64,000 nt of DNA from Candidatus Saccharimonadia bacterium. GTDB taxonomy: Bacteria > Patescibacteriota > SICC01. Location of the stretch: positions 219,406-283,405 of the forward strand of contig JANWJF010000001.1 of NCBI GenBank assembly GCA_025449535.1. Direction: 5' to 3'. The notes under the pieces were generated by a model. The model did no database searches, was not told the origin of the DNA, and worked only from the letters and a program-made list of their open reading frames with translations. Of the stretch, positions 44,054 through 53,900 are shown piece by piece. Made by a program: the position numbers and the translations under genes. Each line of letters opens with the position of its first letter. Within the stretch, counting starts at the first letter, position 1.

Positions 44054-47000
44054 TTACCTCGCGCTGGCGAACCCGTTAACGTATGGCGTCGTCGTGGCCG
44101 ACTTCCGGTAGACGAAGGCCGTGCCTCCCTCGTCCGTCCGGATCTGCCACTTGATGGTCACTTCCTTGTCTGCCGGCAGCTCGACGCTGCACGGCACCGA
44201 GATGGTACTCCAGTCTACGCTCGACTCGAACGATTCGCCGCAGACCTGCTCCTCGCCGTCCACTTCGACGACGATTCGCACGTTCACCGGCGCTTCCGGA
44301 TCCGTGGTCTTGGCCATCAGGCGGGCGTTCAGCAGCAGCACCTCGGCCGACTTGCCGGAACGGTAGCGATAGCCCTCCCCGATGTCGCTGAACTCGCGCT
44401 TGTCGACTTCCAGGTCGTCGCCCTGCTCCAGCTTGTAGTCGACCCGGCCCGGCTTGAACTTGGCCGAGGTCACGGCGCCATCCGCCAGCTCGGCGGTCTT
44501 CACGCTGCCGGCCTGCAGGGTGACCCCGCCTTCGCCCAGGCTCACGGATTGGGCCGAGGTGCCCTGCACCGCCGCGGCCACGCCGGTGGCGGAGGCCTGG
44601 TTCACGGCCGGGATCGCCAGGTCGGGCGTCGGGTACGGGCCGGCATCCTGGGAGATCCGCCGCACGGTGCCTTCGTCGGCGCCGACGGAAGCCCGCGACT
44701 GCTTCAGCTGGTCAATCTCACCTTGCAGACCCTTGAGCCGTTCGTCCACCTGGGTAGCGCGCTCCTTGTCCGCAGCGATCGCGTCGTCGCGTAGGTCATC
44801 GATCCGGGTGTTCACCTTGTCGATCTCGCCGGCATCGGCACCCGGCTGCACGGCCTCGCCCGAGGACGCCGGGCGTCCTTCCAGGTCCTCGACCTTGCTC
44901 TCCAGGTCGGCCACGCGGCCACCGGCCTCACCGGCCTTCTTGGACGCTTCATCCGCAGACCGTTTGGCTTCGCCGGCAGCGGTCTCCGCGCCGGAAATCC
45001 GGCCGGCCAGCTCCTCGACCTGCTTGCCCAAGTCGCTGACGGACTTCTTCAGGTTCTCGACCTGCTCGGCGACGGTCTTGTCCACGTCCTCGACCAGTTT
45101 GTCGACGTCCTCGGTCAGCCGCGAGATCGCGTCGGTGTTGGCCTTGCCCTTCTTGGCGGCTTCTTCCTCGACGCGTTTGATGCCCTTCCGAACCTCGTCT
45201 ACTGCCGGTTCGACGTTGGTCTTGTCGAACGCGCCGAAGAAGACGGACACCTTCTTATGCTTGACCTTCTTGCCGTCCTGGTCGACGGTCTCTTCGACCT
45301 TGCCCCAGTCGACCGGTTCGGCGACCTTGGCAATGACGTGGCTGACCGGATACGTGCCCGGATCCATCTGGGCATGACCGGCCACGCCGGAGCTGATCAG
45401 GTTATCGCCCGGTCCAAGGTCCTTGCCGGTATCAGTGATCCAGACCTCGCCGTTACCGACGGCCATCACCAGGCTCGGGTTCGAGTTAGATTCCGGCCGG
45501 TTCTTCTTGCCACCCTTTTCCTTCGGGTTCAGGACGGACAGGTACGAACCCATGACCTTCGGGTCGTTGGCCTGCGTGCTCCGCTTGATGCCATAGACGA
45601 CTTCGGCACCCGGCTTGTCGTTCTGGGTATCGTTCGCGCCGGTCTGAGTGACCAGCATGCCGCGGTCGATCGATTCCTTGGCGTCGGCGTAGTGGGAACC
45701 GGTGAAGGCATTATAGCTGACGGTCGTGCCGGAAACGGAGATGGTCCCCTCTTCGGCGCCGTCCTGCTGCAACGAGACGATGGTGCCGTCGGTGCTCTTG
45801 CGATCGAACGTCCCCGCCGTACCGGCGACCGAAGCCACGAAGGCATCGTCGGTCTTGAGCGTGTCGGTCGTCGAGCGGTAGAGGTTGGTGTCACCGGCGG
45901 AACCGAAGGTCAGACCGTCGGTACCTGCAGAGATGCTAACCCGGGTGGCTAGGGTTTGCGCGACCCCCCCTGAAGCTCCCGGTGTCCCGGTCTGGAAGTT
46001 GATCTTTCCGCCAGCAGCGTTGTTACCAGTGTTCTTACCACCGGCCAGGTTCAATGCAGCTCCGGCACCATTACTAATGGAGGTCGATGATCCAGTTGCG
46101 TTCAGGGTGACGGCGGCCGCCGAGTTGTTGGTGACACCGTTACCAATGTAGGCGTCTTGGATGCTCGTGCTGTTACTTCCGATTACCAACTGGTTCGTAG
46201 CCGTAGCAGTGGCTGAGCGACCGATGACGATGCTGTTACTGAGGTTGCTGAGAGCGGCGTTCGCACCGATGGCGATGGAGTTGTTTGGTCCACTGCCCGA
46301 CTGGGTGGCTGAGTCACCAATGATGACACTGCTGTTTCCGGTGGCGGTGGCGCTGCGACCAATGGCCACGCTATTTTGGCCGGTGCTTGCATTGGCCGCG
46401 GCCCCACTACCGACTGCAACACTAGCGCTGTTACCGCTAGTGTTGTTGGCTACTGCTGAGTCTCCAATGGCAACTGATAATGCGCCAGAGATCGCCGAAG
46501 CACCTAGGGCTGTACCGTTGTTGGCGGTGATCGTGGCGCTTTTACCGACCGCCAAGGCGCTCGTAAACGTACTGGTAGTGGAGCTCGCTCCGAAGTGTTC
46601 GCTGTTGCTGCCGCTGCCCGGGCTGGAGATGGTGCCCTGAATCGTCAAGCTGTCATCAGACTTCAAGGTGTCGGCCGCACTGCGATACAGGTTGGTGTCT
46701 CCCCCGATGGTCAGGCCAACATCAGCGGTGGTATTGCTGAGAGCTAGGGTAGTCTTGCCACCATTGTTGTTGATAGTCTGGGAATTCGTGAATACATTGG
46801 CCGCACCCAAGAGCGCAACATTAGCGCTCAATCGAGCGTCGGGGACGAAACCGCTGGTCAGCTGGGTGGCGTTGAGGTTAGTAAGGTTGCTGCCATTCAG
46901 AGCGCCCAGCGTTCCCGTCAGGTTAGCGGCATCGAGGTTGGTTAGGGCACTTCCGTTCAAGGCTGGGAGGTTCCCTGACCCGTCTAGCTGTACCAGCTTA

Positions 47001-50000
47001 TTCGCTGCGTTGAAGGTGTTACCCTGGACCGTGACGTTGCTAGAGAGTCGAGCATCAGCCAAGGTGCCAGTGCTAATGTTCGAGGCGTTCAGGTAGTAAC
47101 TAGCCGCTTGGCTGTTCAGCTGAGAAGCATTTACATTCGACAATTGAGATCCGTCACCAACGAACCCCGATGCCGTGACGTTGTTATCGAAGTAGTAGCC
47201 ACTACCGCCGGTCCCGTCATAGTAGAGACTTCCGCCGACATCTCCGAAGTAAATCACGGCGTCGGACGGGGCCCCGTTCAATGAAAGCGAGAGACTGCCC
47301 GGATCAGCGGCGGCATAGCCGCTCGTACCGACGGCAACTGAGTCATCCGTCCGTAATTCGTCCGCTGCGCTCCGGTAGAGGTTCGCGTCCCCGCCGATGG
47401 TCAGTCCGACGTTTGCAGTGGTATTCGAAAGTTGGAACGTGGTCTTGCCGCCGTTATTGGTGACGCTCTGCGAAGTCGAGAAGGCGTTGTTGATGTTCTT
47501 GAGGGCGACGTTCGAGCTCAGGCGTCCATCAGCCAGCGTACCCGAGCTGATGTTGCTGGCGTTCAGGTTGGTAAGGCTTGCACCAGAGCCTGCCAGGCCA
47601 CTGATCGTGACCGCGCCGGTCGAAGTGTTCACATTGATCAGGTCAGTGCTGTCTGACTTCTGCACTCGGAAAGCGTTGGCCGCGTCAACGCTGTTCTTAA
47701 AAAGGGCATTGCCGCCACTGCCGCTTAGGCTGAAGACGGTGGCTAGGCTATTCACGCTCGTACCGCTGGATCCCGGTTTGGCAATCTGGAAGTTCAGGTC
47801 ACCGCCAACTCCGCTGCCAGTACCCTTACCGCCAGCAAAGGTAAGCGAGGCTCCGGCGGTGTTAGTTGCTCCGGCAGGCACCCCGGTGGCGTTCAGGGTG
47901 AAGCTGACCGGCGCGACGTTAGTAACACCATTGCCGATGTAGGCAGATTGGATGTTGTCGAACGAACTCCCGCCGCCAATCACCAGCTGGTTACCTGCGG
48001 TGGTAGTGGCTTCTCGTCCAATAGCAACGCTTCCGGCAAAAGACGCGTTTGCCTGATACCCGAGAGCGGCCGTGTTATTCGCAGAGACAGACTGTCCGCC
48101 AATTGCTATGCTGCTTCCTGACGAGCTCGCAGAGTTTCCGGCGGCTATACTGTTACCAGAACTAGTAGCAGACACGCCAATGGCGACACCGCCGTTTGCG
48201 TCGGTACTAGTCTGGTTTCCGATGGAAGTACCAGCAGAGCTGGTGTTGTAACCGAGCGCAACCGCTGAGTTTCCGGTAACCGTGGCTCCGTAGCCGACCG
48301 CGGTACCTCGCAGGAATGTGCTAGTAGTCGAACCGGCCCCGAAGCGTTCACTGTTGGCACCACTGCCCGGACTGGAGAGAGTCCCGGCCACGGTCAGGCT
48401 GTCATCGGTCTTGAGCGTATCCGCCGCACTCCGATAGAGGTTGGAATCCCCACCGATCGTCAGGCCGGTGTCAGTGCCTGTGTTGGTGAGTGCCAGGGTG
48501 GTCTTGCCGCCGGCGTTAGTGATGCTCTGGCTGGTCGAGAAGGCGTTGTTGATGTTCTTGAGGGCGACGTTCGAAGACAGACGGGCATCGGCCAAGCTGC
48601 CGCTCGAGATGCTCGAGGCATTCAGGTTGGTCAATGCGCTGCCGTTTAACGCCGGCAGGTTCCCCGAACCATCCAGCTGGACCAGCTTGCTGGCGGCATT
48701 GAAGGTGTTGCCTTGCAAGGTGACGTTACTTGAGAGCCGCGCGTCATCCAATGTCCCGCTTGAGATGTTGCTGGCGTTCAGGTTGGTCAGACTGGCTCCG
48801 GAGCCGGCCAAGCCAGTGATGGTAACCGCACCGGTCGAGGTATTCACGTTGATCAGGTCGGTACTATCGGACTTCTGGACCCGGAAGGCGTTGGCCGCAT
48901 CGGCACTGTTCTTGAAGAGGGCAGCCCCGCCGGTGCCGTTCAGGCTGAAGACGGTGGCGAGTGCATTAGCGGCAGATCCGCTGCCATCAGGCTTAGCAAT
49001 TTGGAAGTTAAGGTCTCCACCAGCTGCGGAGCCAGTACCCTTACCGCCGGCAATCGCGACCGATGCTCCAGCGATATTCGTGCCCGAACCACCGGTACCG
49101 TTCAGGGTGAAGCCGACGGGCGTGGCGTTGGTGACGCCGTTGCCGATGTAGGCAGATTGGATGTGATCCGCCGCGCTGCCGCTGGAGGTGCTACCGCCGA
49201 TTACCAACTGGTTGGCCGCAGTGGTAACAGCTTCCGCGCCCAAAGCGATGCTGCCGCCGAAGTTTCCGACGTTACTGTTGTAACCGATGGCGATGGCGCG
49301 GGTCGAGCTTCCGCCACTGCCGCTCTGGGTCGCACCATACCCGATGGCGATCGTCTGGGTGGCGCTGACGCTGGCGTTGCGGCCAAGGGCAATACTATTG
49401 TCGGCTGCCGCGCTGGCGCTCGCGGAGTTACCAATCGCCACGGCGTGACTGCCGGCAGCGTTTGCCGAAGGGCCAAGTACCGTGACAGAAGCGGCGCTGG
49501 CCGATGCACTGCGCCCAACCACCACGGCGTCAACTGAGGAACCGGAACTGCCGCCACCTGCATTTGCGCCGATGATCACAGCATTACTCGAACGAGCGCC
49601 AGTTTGATATCCAATTGCCGTGGCGCCAGTAGCCTCAGCCAGAGCACCGTTACCGACCGCCAAAGAGTTTCCAAAGCTGCTGGTGCTCGCTCCTGACCCA
49701 AAGCGCTCACTGCCGCTGGCGCTGCCTGGGCTGGTAATCCCATTCTGGAATGTATTCAGAGCAGTGAACGTGTTAGCCGCATTCTTGAGCGCTACGTTCG
49801 AGCTCAGCCGGGCGTCCCCCAACGTGCCGGAGCTGATGTTGCTGGCGTTCAGATCGGTCAGCCCCGATCCGATTCCGGAGATCACGCCCGACGCGCTGAG
49901 GTTAGTTACGTTCACCGCCGTTGACCCCGTCGTATCGACGCTCAGCGGAGCAATGGTTCCGTCCGTGTTCTTGACCGTCAGGGCCACGCTGGAATCCTCG

Positions 50001-51847
50001 GTTGCCCGGAATTGGATCGGCTGGTTGAGTTCGAACTGTTTGAGCGTGGCGTTCCAGTGAAGCACCGCGTTGTGAGATACGGTGCCGAGATAGAAGATCA
50101 GGTCGGCACTTTCGGCATCGGGAGAGACGTTATCGGCATTGACGGTAAAGCTCGAAGCGTCAGTGCCGGCAATCCCGGTCGAGATAGCCTCGATGTTGTT
50201 GGCCGAGATCGTATCGGCATGGACGTTCTGGATGTAGCCGTCCTGGAAGAAGGTGCCAGCCGATCCAAGCGCTTTGGTCTGGTCGGTCGGCACGATGTCG
50301 GTATCAACCTTCGCGTTGAAGCTAACCGTGTCGGCGTCATTGGCCCCGAGGGTGACGTTGCCGCCAAAGACGTTGTCGTTCGTAAAGGTGTTCGCGGCGT
50401 CTTTGAACGGGACGTTCGAAGAAAGCCGGACGTCGGCCAGGATTCCGGAAGCGACGTTCGAGGCGTCGAGGTTCGTGACCTGCGATCCGTCAGCGACCAG
50501 GCCGTTGACGTTGACCGCTCCAGTCAGGGTATTCACGTTGATCAGATCGGTGCCTACGGCGTCTTTCACTTGGAAGGCACTGAATCCGTCGAAAGTATTC
50601 TGGAAGACCGGTGACCCGGTGAACGTCTGGGAGGCGTTGAGCAACGCGACGTTGCCGGTCAGCGCCGAATCGGACACCTTGCCGGCGCTGGAAATGGTGT
50701 CGAGCTTGTCGTCGGAGATGCCCCCGAGCAGCTCGGCGTTCTCGATCGTCTGGCCGAGCTTGGAGACGGCGTCCGACAGCCGGCCGTCGGCCAGCGTCCC
50801 GCTGGCGATGTTGCCGGCGTCGAGGTTCGTGACCTGGGAACCGTCGGCGGCCAGGCCGCTCACACTGACGGCGCCGGTCAGGGTGTCGACGTTAATCAGG
50901 TCGGTGCCGTTCGACTGCTGGACGCGGAACGCGCCGTCGCCGTCGACGGCCGGCCGGAAGACGGGGGTGCCGCTAAAGGTCTGGGAGGCGTTGAGCAGCG
51001 CGACGTTGCCGGTCAGCCGGCTCTCGGCCAGCGTCCCGCTGGCGATGTTGCCGGCGTCGAGACCGGTCAGGCCGGACCCTTCACCGGAAACGCTGGAGCC
51101 GCGGATGCTTCCGGTCACGTAGAGGTTGCCCTCCTCCGGGGTCCCGTCCGACTCCTGCAGGCTGACGCAGCTGCCATGGGGACAGACCGGCACGTCCGCC
51201 GTCTGTCCTCGAGCTCCCTGGGTCCCGGGCTGGCCCGGTTGCCCGGCCGGCCCGTCGGTGACGCTGATTGACCGTCCGGCCGTGCCAGCCTTCTGGGTCA
51301 CGCTGATGGCGAACGTGGTCTTGCCTTCGACCCGGGCACCTTCGGACAACCGGCCGACCAGTTGGTATTTCCCATTCTTGGCAAGCTGGTCGCCGATGAG
51401 TACGCCGACCACCCTGCCCTCGCTGTTCGTGTTCATCGTGAACTGGCTGGTCTTGCCGTCGGGACGGACCAGCGCGAAGTCCACCGGCGTGTCCTTGGCC
51501 GGGGTACCATCGTCCTTCTGGATCGGGTTGGTGACGAACGGCAGGTTCTGCGCCAGGGAGCCGCTGGAGATGTAGATCTCGATCGACTTGGAGGCCACGC
51601 CGGGCTGCGGGTACGGGGTCGGTGAACCGTCCGGGGCAGGATAGGCGATGCCGGTCTGCGGCAGTTCGTCAGGGATCTCCGAAGGATTCACGAGCTCGGC
51701 GATCTGCTGGCTTCCCGCCACCGCGCCGGTGGTCACCATCGCGGAGGCCGCGAGGATCGTCGCTACCCGGAGCTTGGGATCGTCCGGAAGGTGGCGCACT
51801 ATCGCCCGGACTCCGGCTGTGATTTTCGTTTTGATTGTTTCGAGCAT
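44054..51847 (-). CDS. Giant surface fibre/adhesin (~2600 aa): phage-fibre-like repeats, YadA-head-like blocks, intramolecular chaperone-like domain, coiled coil
   Basis: N-terminal hydrophobic segment; about 10 LNASNISSGTLxDARLSSNV repeats; 4 D.NLYRS..D.L..DD repeats; three blocks of 14-aa A(I/V)G repeats; VSYNAFTGSH. Confidence 0.88.
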   Translation of the reverse strand: MLETIKTKITAGVRAIVRHLPDDPKLRVATILAASAMVTTGAVAGSQQIAELVNPSEIPDELPQTGIAYPAPDGSPTPYPQPGVASKSIEIYISSGSLAQNLPFVTNPIQKDDGTPAKDTPVDFALVRPDGKTSQFTMNTNSEGRVVGVLIGDQLAKNGKYQLVGRLSEGARVEGKTTFAISVTQKAGTAGRSISVTDGPAGQPGQPGTQGARGQTADVPVCPHGSCVSLQESDGTPEEGNLYVTGSIRGSSVSGEGSGLTGLDAGNIASGTLAESRLTGNVALLNASQTFSGTPVFRPAVDGDGAFRVQQSNGTDLINVDTLTGAVSVSGLAADGSQVTNLDAGNIASGTLADGRLSDAVSKLGQTIENAELLGGISDDKLDTISSAGKVSDSALTGNVALLNASQTFTGSPVFQNTFDGFSAFQVKDAVGTDLINVNTLTGAVNVNGLVADGSQVTNLDASNVASGILADVRLSSNVPFKDAANTFTNDNVFGGNVTLGANDADTVSFNAKVDTDIVPTDQTKALGSAGTFFQDGYIQNVHADTISANNIEAISTGIAGTDASSFTVNADNVSPDAESADLIFYLGTVSHNAVLHWNATLKQFELNQPIQFRATEDSSVALTVKNTDGTIAPLSVDTTGSTAVNVTNLSASGVISGIGSGLTDLNASNISSGTLGDARLSSNVALKNAANTFTALNTFQNGITSPGSASGSERFGSGASTSSFGNSLAVGNGALAEATGATAIGYQTGARSSNAVIIGANAGGGSSGSSVDAVVVGRSASASAASVTVLGPSANAAGSHAVAIGNSASASAAADNSIALGRNASVSATQTIAIGYGATQSGSGGSSTRAIAIGYNSNVGNFGGSIALGAEAVTTAANQLVIGGSTSSGSAADHIQSAYIGNGVTNATPVGFTLNGTGGSGTNIAGASVAIAGGKGTGSAAGGDLNFQIAKPDGSGSAANALATVFSLNGTGGAALFKNSADAANAFRVQKSDSTDLINVNTSTGAVTITGLAGSGASLTNLNASNISSGTLDDARLSSNVTLQGNTFNAASKLVQLDGSGNLPALNGSALTNLNASSISSGSLADARLSSNVALKNINNAFSTSQSITNAGGKTTLALTNTGTDTGLTIGGDSNLYRSAADTLKTDDSLTVAGTLSSPGSGANSERFGAGSTTSTFLRGTAVGYGATVTGNSAVALGYNTSSAGTSIGNQTSTDANGGVAIGVSATSSGNSIAAGNSASSSGSSIAIGGQSVSANNTAALGYQANASFAGSVAIGREATTTAGNQLVIGGGSSFDNIQSAYIGNGVTNVAPVSFTLNATGVPAGATNTAGASLTFAGGKGTGSGVGGDLNFQIAKPGSSGTSVNSLATVFSLSGSGGNALFKNSVDAANAFRVQKSDSTDLINVNTSTGAVTISGLAGSGASLTNLNASNISSGTLADGRLSSNVALKNINNAFSTSQSVTNNGGKTTFQLSNTTANVGLTIGGDANLYRSAADELRTDDSVAVGTSGYAAADPGSLSLSLNGAPSDAVIYFGDVGGSLYYDGTGGSGYYFDNNVTASGFVGDGSQLSNVNASQLNSQAASYYLNASNISTGTLADARLSSNVTVQGNTFNAANKLVQLDGSGNLPALNGSALTNLDAANLTGTLGALNGSNLTNLNATQLTSGFVPDARLSANVALLGAANVFTNSQTINNNGGKTTLALSNTTADVGLTIGGDTNLYRSAADTLKSDDSLTIQGTISSPGSGSNSEHFGASSTTSTFTSALAVGKSATITANNGTALGASAISGALSVAIGDSAVANNTSGNSASVAVGSGAAANASTGQNSVAIGRSATATGNSSVIIGDSATQSGSGPNNSIAIGANAALSNLSNSIVIGRSATATATNQLVIGSNSTSIQDAYIGNGVTNNSAAAVTLNATGSSTSISNGAGAALNLAGGKNTGNNAAGGKINFQTGTPGASGGVAQTLATRVSISAGTDGLTFGSAGDTNLYRSTTDTLKTDDAFVASVAGTAGTFDRKSTDGTIVSLQQDGAEEGTISVSGTTVSYNAFTGSHYADAKESIDRGMLVTQTGANDTQNDKPGAEVVYGIKRSTQANDPKVMGSYLSVLNPKEKGGKKNRPESNSNPSLVMAVGNGEVWITDTGKDLGPGDNLISSGVAGHAQMDPGTYPVSHVIAKVAEPVDWGKVEETVDQDGKKVKHKKVSVFFGAFDKTNVEPAVDEVRKGIKRVEEEAAKKGKANTDAISRLTEDVDKLVEDVDKTVAEQVENLKKSVSDLGKQVEELAGRISGAETAAGEAKRSADEASKKAGEAGGRVADLESKVEDLEGRPASSGEAVQPGADAGEIDKVNTRIDDLRDDAIAADKERATQVDERLKGLQGEIDQLKQSRASVGADEGTVRRISQDAGPYPTPDLAIPAVNQASATGVAAAVQGTSAQSVSLGEGGVTLQAGSVKTAELADGAVTSAKFKPGRVDYKLEQGDDLEVDKREFSDIGEGYRYRSGKSAEVLLLNARLMAKTTDPEAPVNVRIVVEVDGEEQVCGESFESSVDWSTISVPCSVELPADKEVTIKWQIRTDEGGTAFVYRKSATTTPYVNGFASAR

Positions 51848-52087
51848 TATGCTGCGGTTTTTCTTCTCGCTCGCTTTCCGAAAATTAACCAATAGTACCA
51901 AAAATTTGCGCAAATGTCAAGGTCGAAAGGGACGATTGAATAATCCATGTGTTCCCTTTGGGGGAATTACTCCGAGCACTATTTCCGAGCCAGTAGCGCC
52001 CGATCGAAATTCCGGCTTCGTTCGAACAAGAATCACGGACCCTCGACTATCGACTACCGACCCGCAAGCCTGTAATCTGGTTCTCGT

Positions 52088-52285
52088 ATGCCGAAAATGA
52101 AGACCCATTCCGGTACCGCGAAGCGGATCAAGACGACCGGCGGCGGCAAGCTGAAACGGCGCCGCGCCTACGTCTCGCACCTGCTCGAGCACAAGTCCGT
52201 CGCCCGGAAGCGCGCCAAGCATGGCGTCGACGACCTGGCCAAGGCGGATGTCCGCCGCGCCCGTAAGCTGCTGGGAGAAGGCTAA
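52088..52285 (+). CDS. rpmI: 50S ribosomal protein L35
   Basis: MPKMKTHSGTAKRIK..G.GK...HLL. Confidence 0.97.
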   Translation: MPKMKTHSGTAKRIKTTGGGKLKRRRAYVSHLLEHKSVARKRAKHGVDDLAKADVRRARKLLGEG

Positions 52286-52287
52286 CC

Positions 52288-52686
52288 ATGACCCGCGTGA
52301 AACGGGGTGTGACCGCCCACCGCCGCCACAAGCGTGTCCTGCGCCAGACCAAGGGGTACCGGGGCCTGCGGCGCCATTCGATCAAGAAGGCCCGCGAGGC
52401 GCTGCTCAAGGCCTGGAGCCATGCCTACCGCGACCGCCGCACGCGTAAGCGCGACTTCCGTCGCCTCTGGATCCAGCGGATCAACGCCGGCGCACGCCAG
52501 CACGGCCTCAGCTACTCACGGTTCATGGCCGGCGCCAAGGCGGCCGGCATCGAGCTGAATCGGAAGATGCTCGCCGACATCGCGTACAACGACCCGCAGG
52601 CGTTCGCGGCGATCGCCAAGCAGGCCAAGGAAGGCCTCAAGAAGGCCCCCGCCAAGGACGCGGACAAAAAGACCGCGGCTAAGTAG
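52288..52686 (+). CDS. rplT: 50S ribosomal protein L20
   Basis: MTRVKRG, AYRDRR..KRDFRRLWI.RINA, LNRKMLA. Confidence 0.98.
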   Translation: MTRVKRGVTAHRRHKRVLRQTKGYRGLRRHSIKKAREALLKAWSHAYRDRRTRKRDFRRLWIQRINAGARQHGLSYSRFMAGAKAAGIELNRKMLADIAYNDPQAFAAIAKQAKEGLKKAPAKDADKKTAAK

Positions 52687-52749
52687 CTTCCGCGCCCACC
52701 GAGGCTTCGCCTGGGCATGAAAACGCGGTACATTAGGATTTGTTGACTA

Positions 52750-52821
52750 GGCCCCATCGTCTAGCGGCTAGGACGCCAGGTTCTCATCCTGGAAACCGGA
52801 GTTCGATTCTCCGTGGGGTCA
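52750..52821 (+). tRNA. tRNA-Glu(CTC)
   Basis: GGCCCCA/TGGGGTC acceptor, CCAGG-TTCTCAT-CCTGG anticodon arm, GTTCGATTC T loop; no encoded CCA. Confidence 0.96.
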
Positions 52822-52951
52822 CACTGTGAAGCGGCTCGGCCTTGTGCCGGGACGGTTCACATTGGTTCCATGATCGAGAGGCGGGTCCGAAGATCCGATC
52901 ATATTGATTTTGGTTGAAAAATATCCTTTACTATGGTACTTTTACTTAATT

Positions 52952-52999
52952 TCTTTAAAGCAAAAAGTATGACCCTCTTTAAAGCAAAAAGTATGACCC
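52952..52999 (+). repeat. Perfect 24-bp tandem duplication
   Basis: TCTTTAAAGCAAAAAGTATGACCC x2. Confidence 0.95.
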
Positions 53000-53841
53000 A
53001 CCCCGAACGAGGAATACATCCTGAACACTTATCCCCGGAAGAGATGCGACAAGCACTCGTCGAACACGGCTGGGAACAAGTTGCCGAAGACGGCGTTCCG
53101 TTCTTCAAGCGTGAATATCCTCGAGTCAACGAGACGCTAGGTGGCCAGGAGTGGCGCAAGATAGTCATGGGTTTTAGTCATGTAAAGGAGGGTTCCGAAC
53201 TGCCTCCCGGGCAGATGATTAGCATGGCCGGGAACGATACCGAGGCGACCGTTCAAATCGCTGGAGATTCAGAAAACAGGTCCGACCTCACTAAAGCGTT
53301 CTTGCTTGATAGGTACCTACGCAGTCAGGGTTTCGAGGAAATGGATGAGTCATTGCTGACTGACTGGTTAACGCTCAAGGGCGAGCTCGGTGCGCCAGAA
53401 CGGGAAAGCCGGGAGTTCTACGAGCAGGACCCTCGGGCAGCCGAATTGCGGGAACTATGCCTCGAAGCGATCGAGGAGTATCAAAAAGTCATCATTTCTG
53501 AAGGTACCGAAGGTCCGGCAATTGAGGCCCTGCTCGACCTCAACCAACGGATGGAAGAACTAGGCATTAAGCCTGACATGCACGCTGGCAGGAAGGCGGT
53601 AGAGCTCGTTGATCCGGTCAGTGTGGCCGAGTGGGCGGCAGGCCAGCTTCGAAACCTCCTGACCAAAGGCTATGGCTTCTCTGACCGGGTCAGGGCCCTA
53701 CTGCAGGAACACGACCTACTGGGTGGCGAGGGCGACGGTACGATGGCCATAGATACGAAAGCTTCGCCGGAAGCCGGTGACGCTGCTAACTTGGTTCAGA
53801 TACTTGACCGGCTGGCTCAGAAGCTCGGCCGAGACGATTAA
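52969..53841 (+). CDS. Hypothetical acidic protein (start 52969 or 52993)
   Basis: Long ORF with atypical, more AT-rich codon use downstream of tRNA-Glu. Confidence 0.75.
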   Translation: MTLFKAKSMTHPERGIHPEHLSPEEMRQALVEHGWEQVAEDGVPFFKREYPRVNETLGGQEWRKIVMGFSHVKEGSELPPGQMISMAGNDTEATVQIAGDSENRSDLTKAFLLDRYLRSQGFEEMDESLLTDWLTLKGELGAPERESREFYEQDPRAAELRELCLEAIEEYQKVIISEGTEGPAIEALLDLNQRMEELGIKPDMHAGRKAVELVDPVSVAEWAAGQLRNLLTKGYGFSDRVRALLQEHDLLGGEGDGTMAIDTKASPEAGDAANLVQILDRLAQKLGRDD

Positions 53842-53858
53842 GCGGGCAACTCAAGAGC

Positions 53859-53883
53859 CGGCCGCTTTCGCGGCCGACTTTTC
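53859..53883 (+). terminator. Intrinsic terminator-like hairpin
   Basis: CGGCCGC-TTTC-GCGGCCG then ACTTTT between convergent genes. Confidence 0.6.
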
Positions 53884-53900
53884 AGCGTCTTACTGAAGCC

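Noticed and set aside
44054-51847. Diversity-generating retroelement or type Vc autotransporter
   Set aside because: No reverse transcriptase or adenine-specific repeat pair seen; no C-terminal YadA beta-barrel anchor
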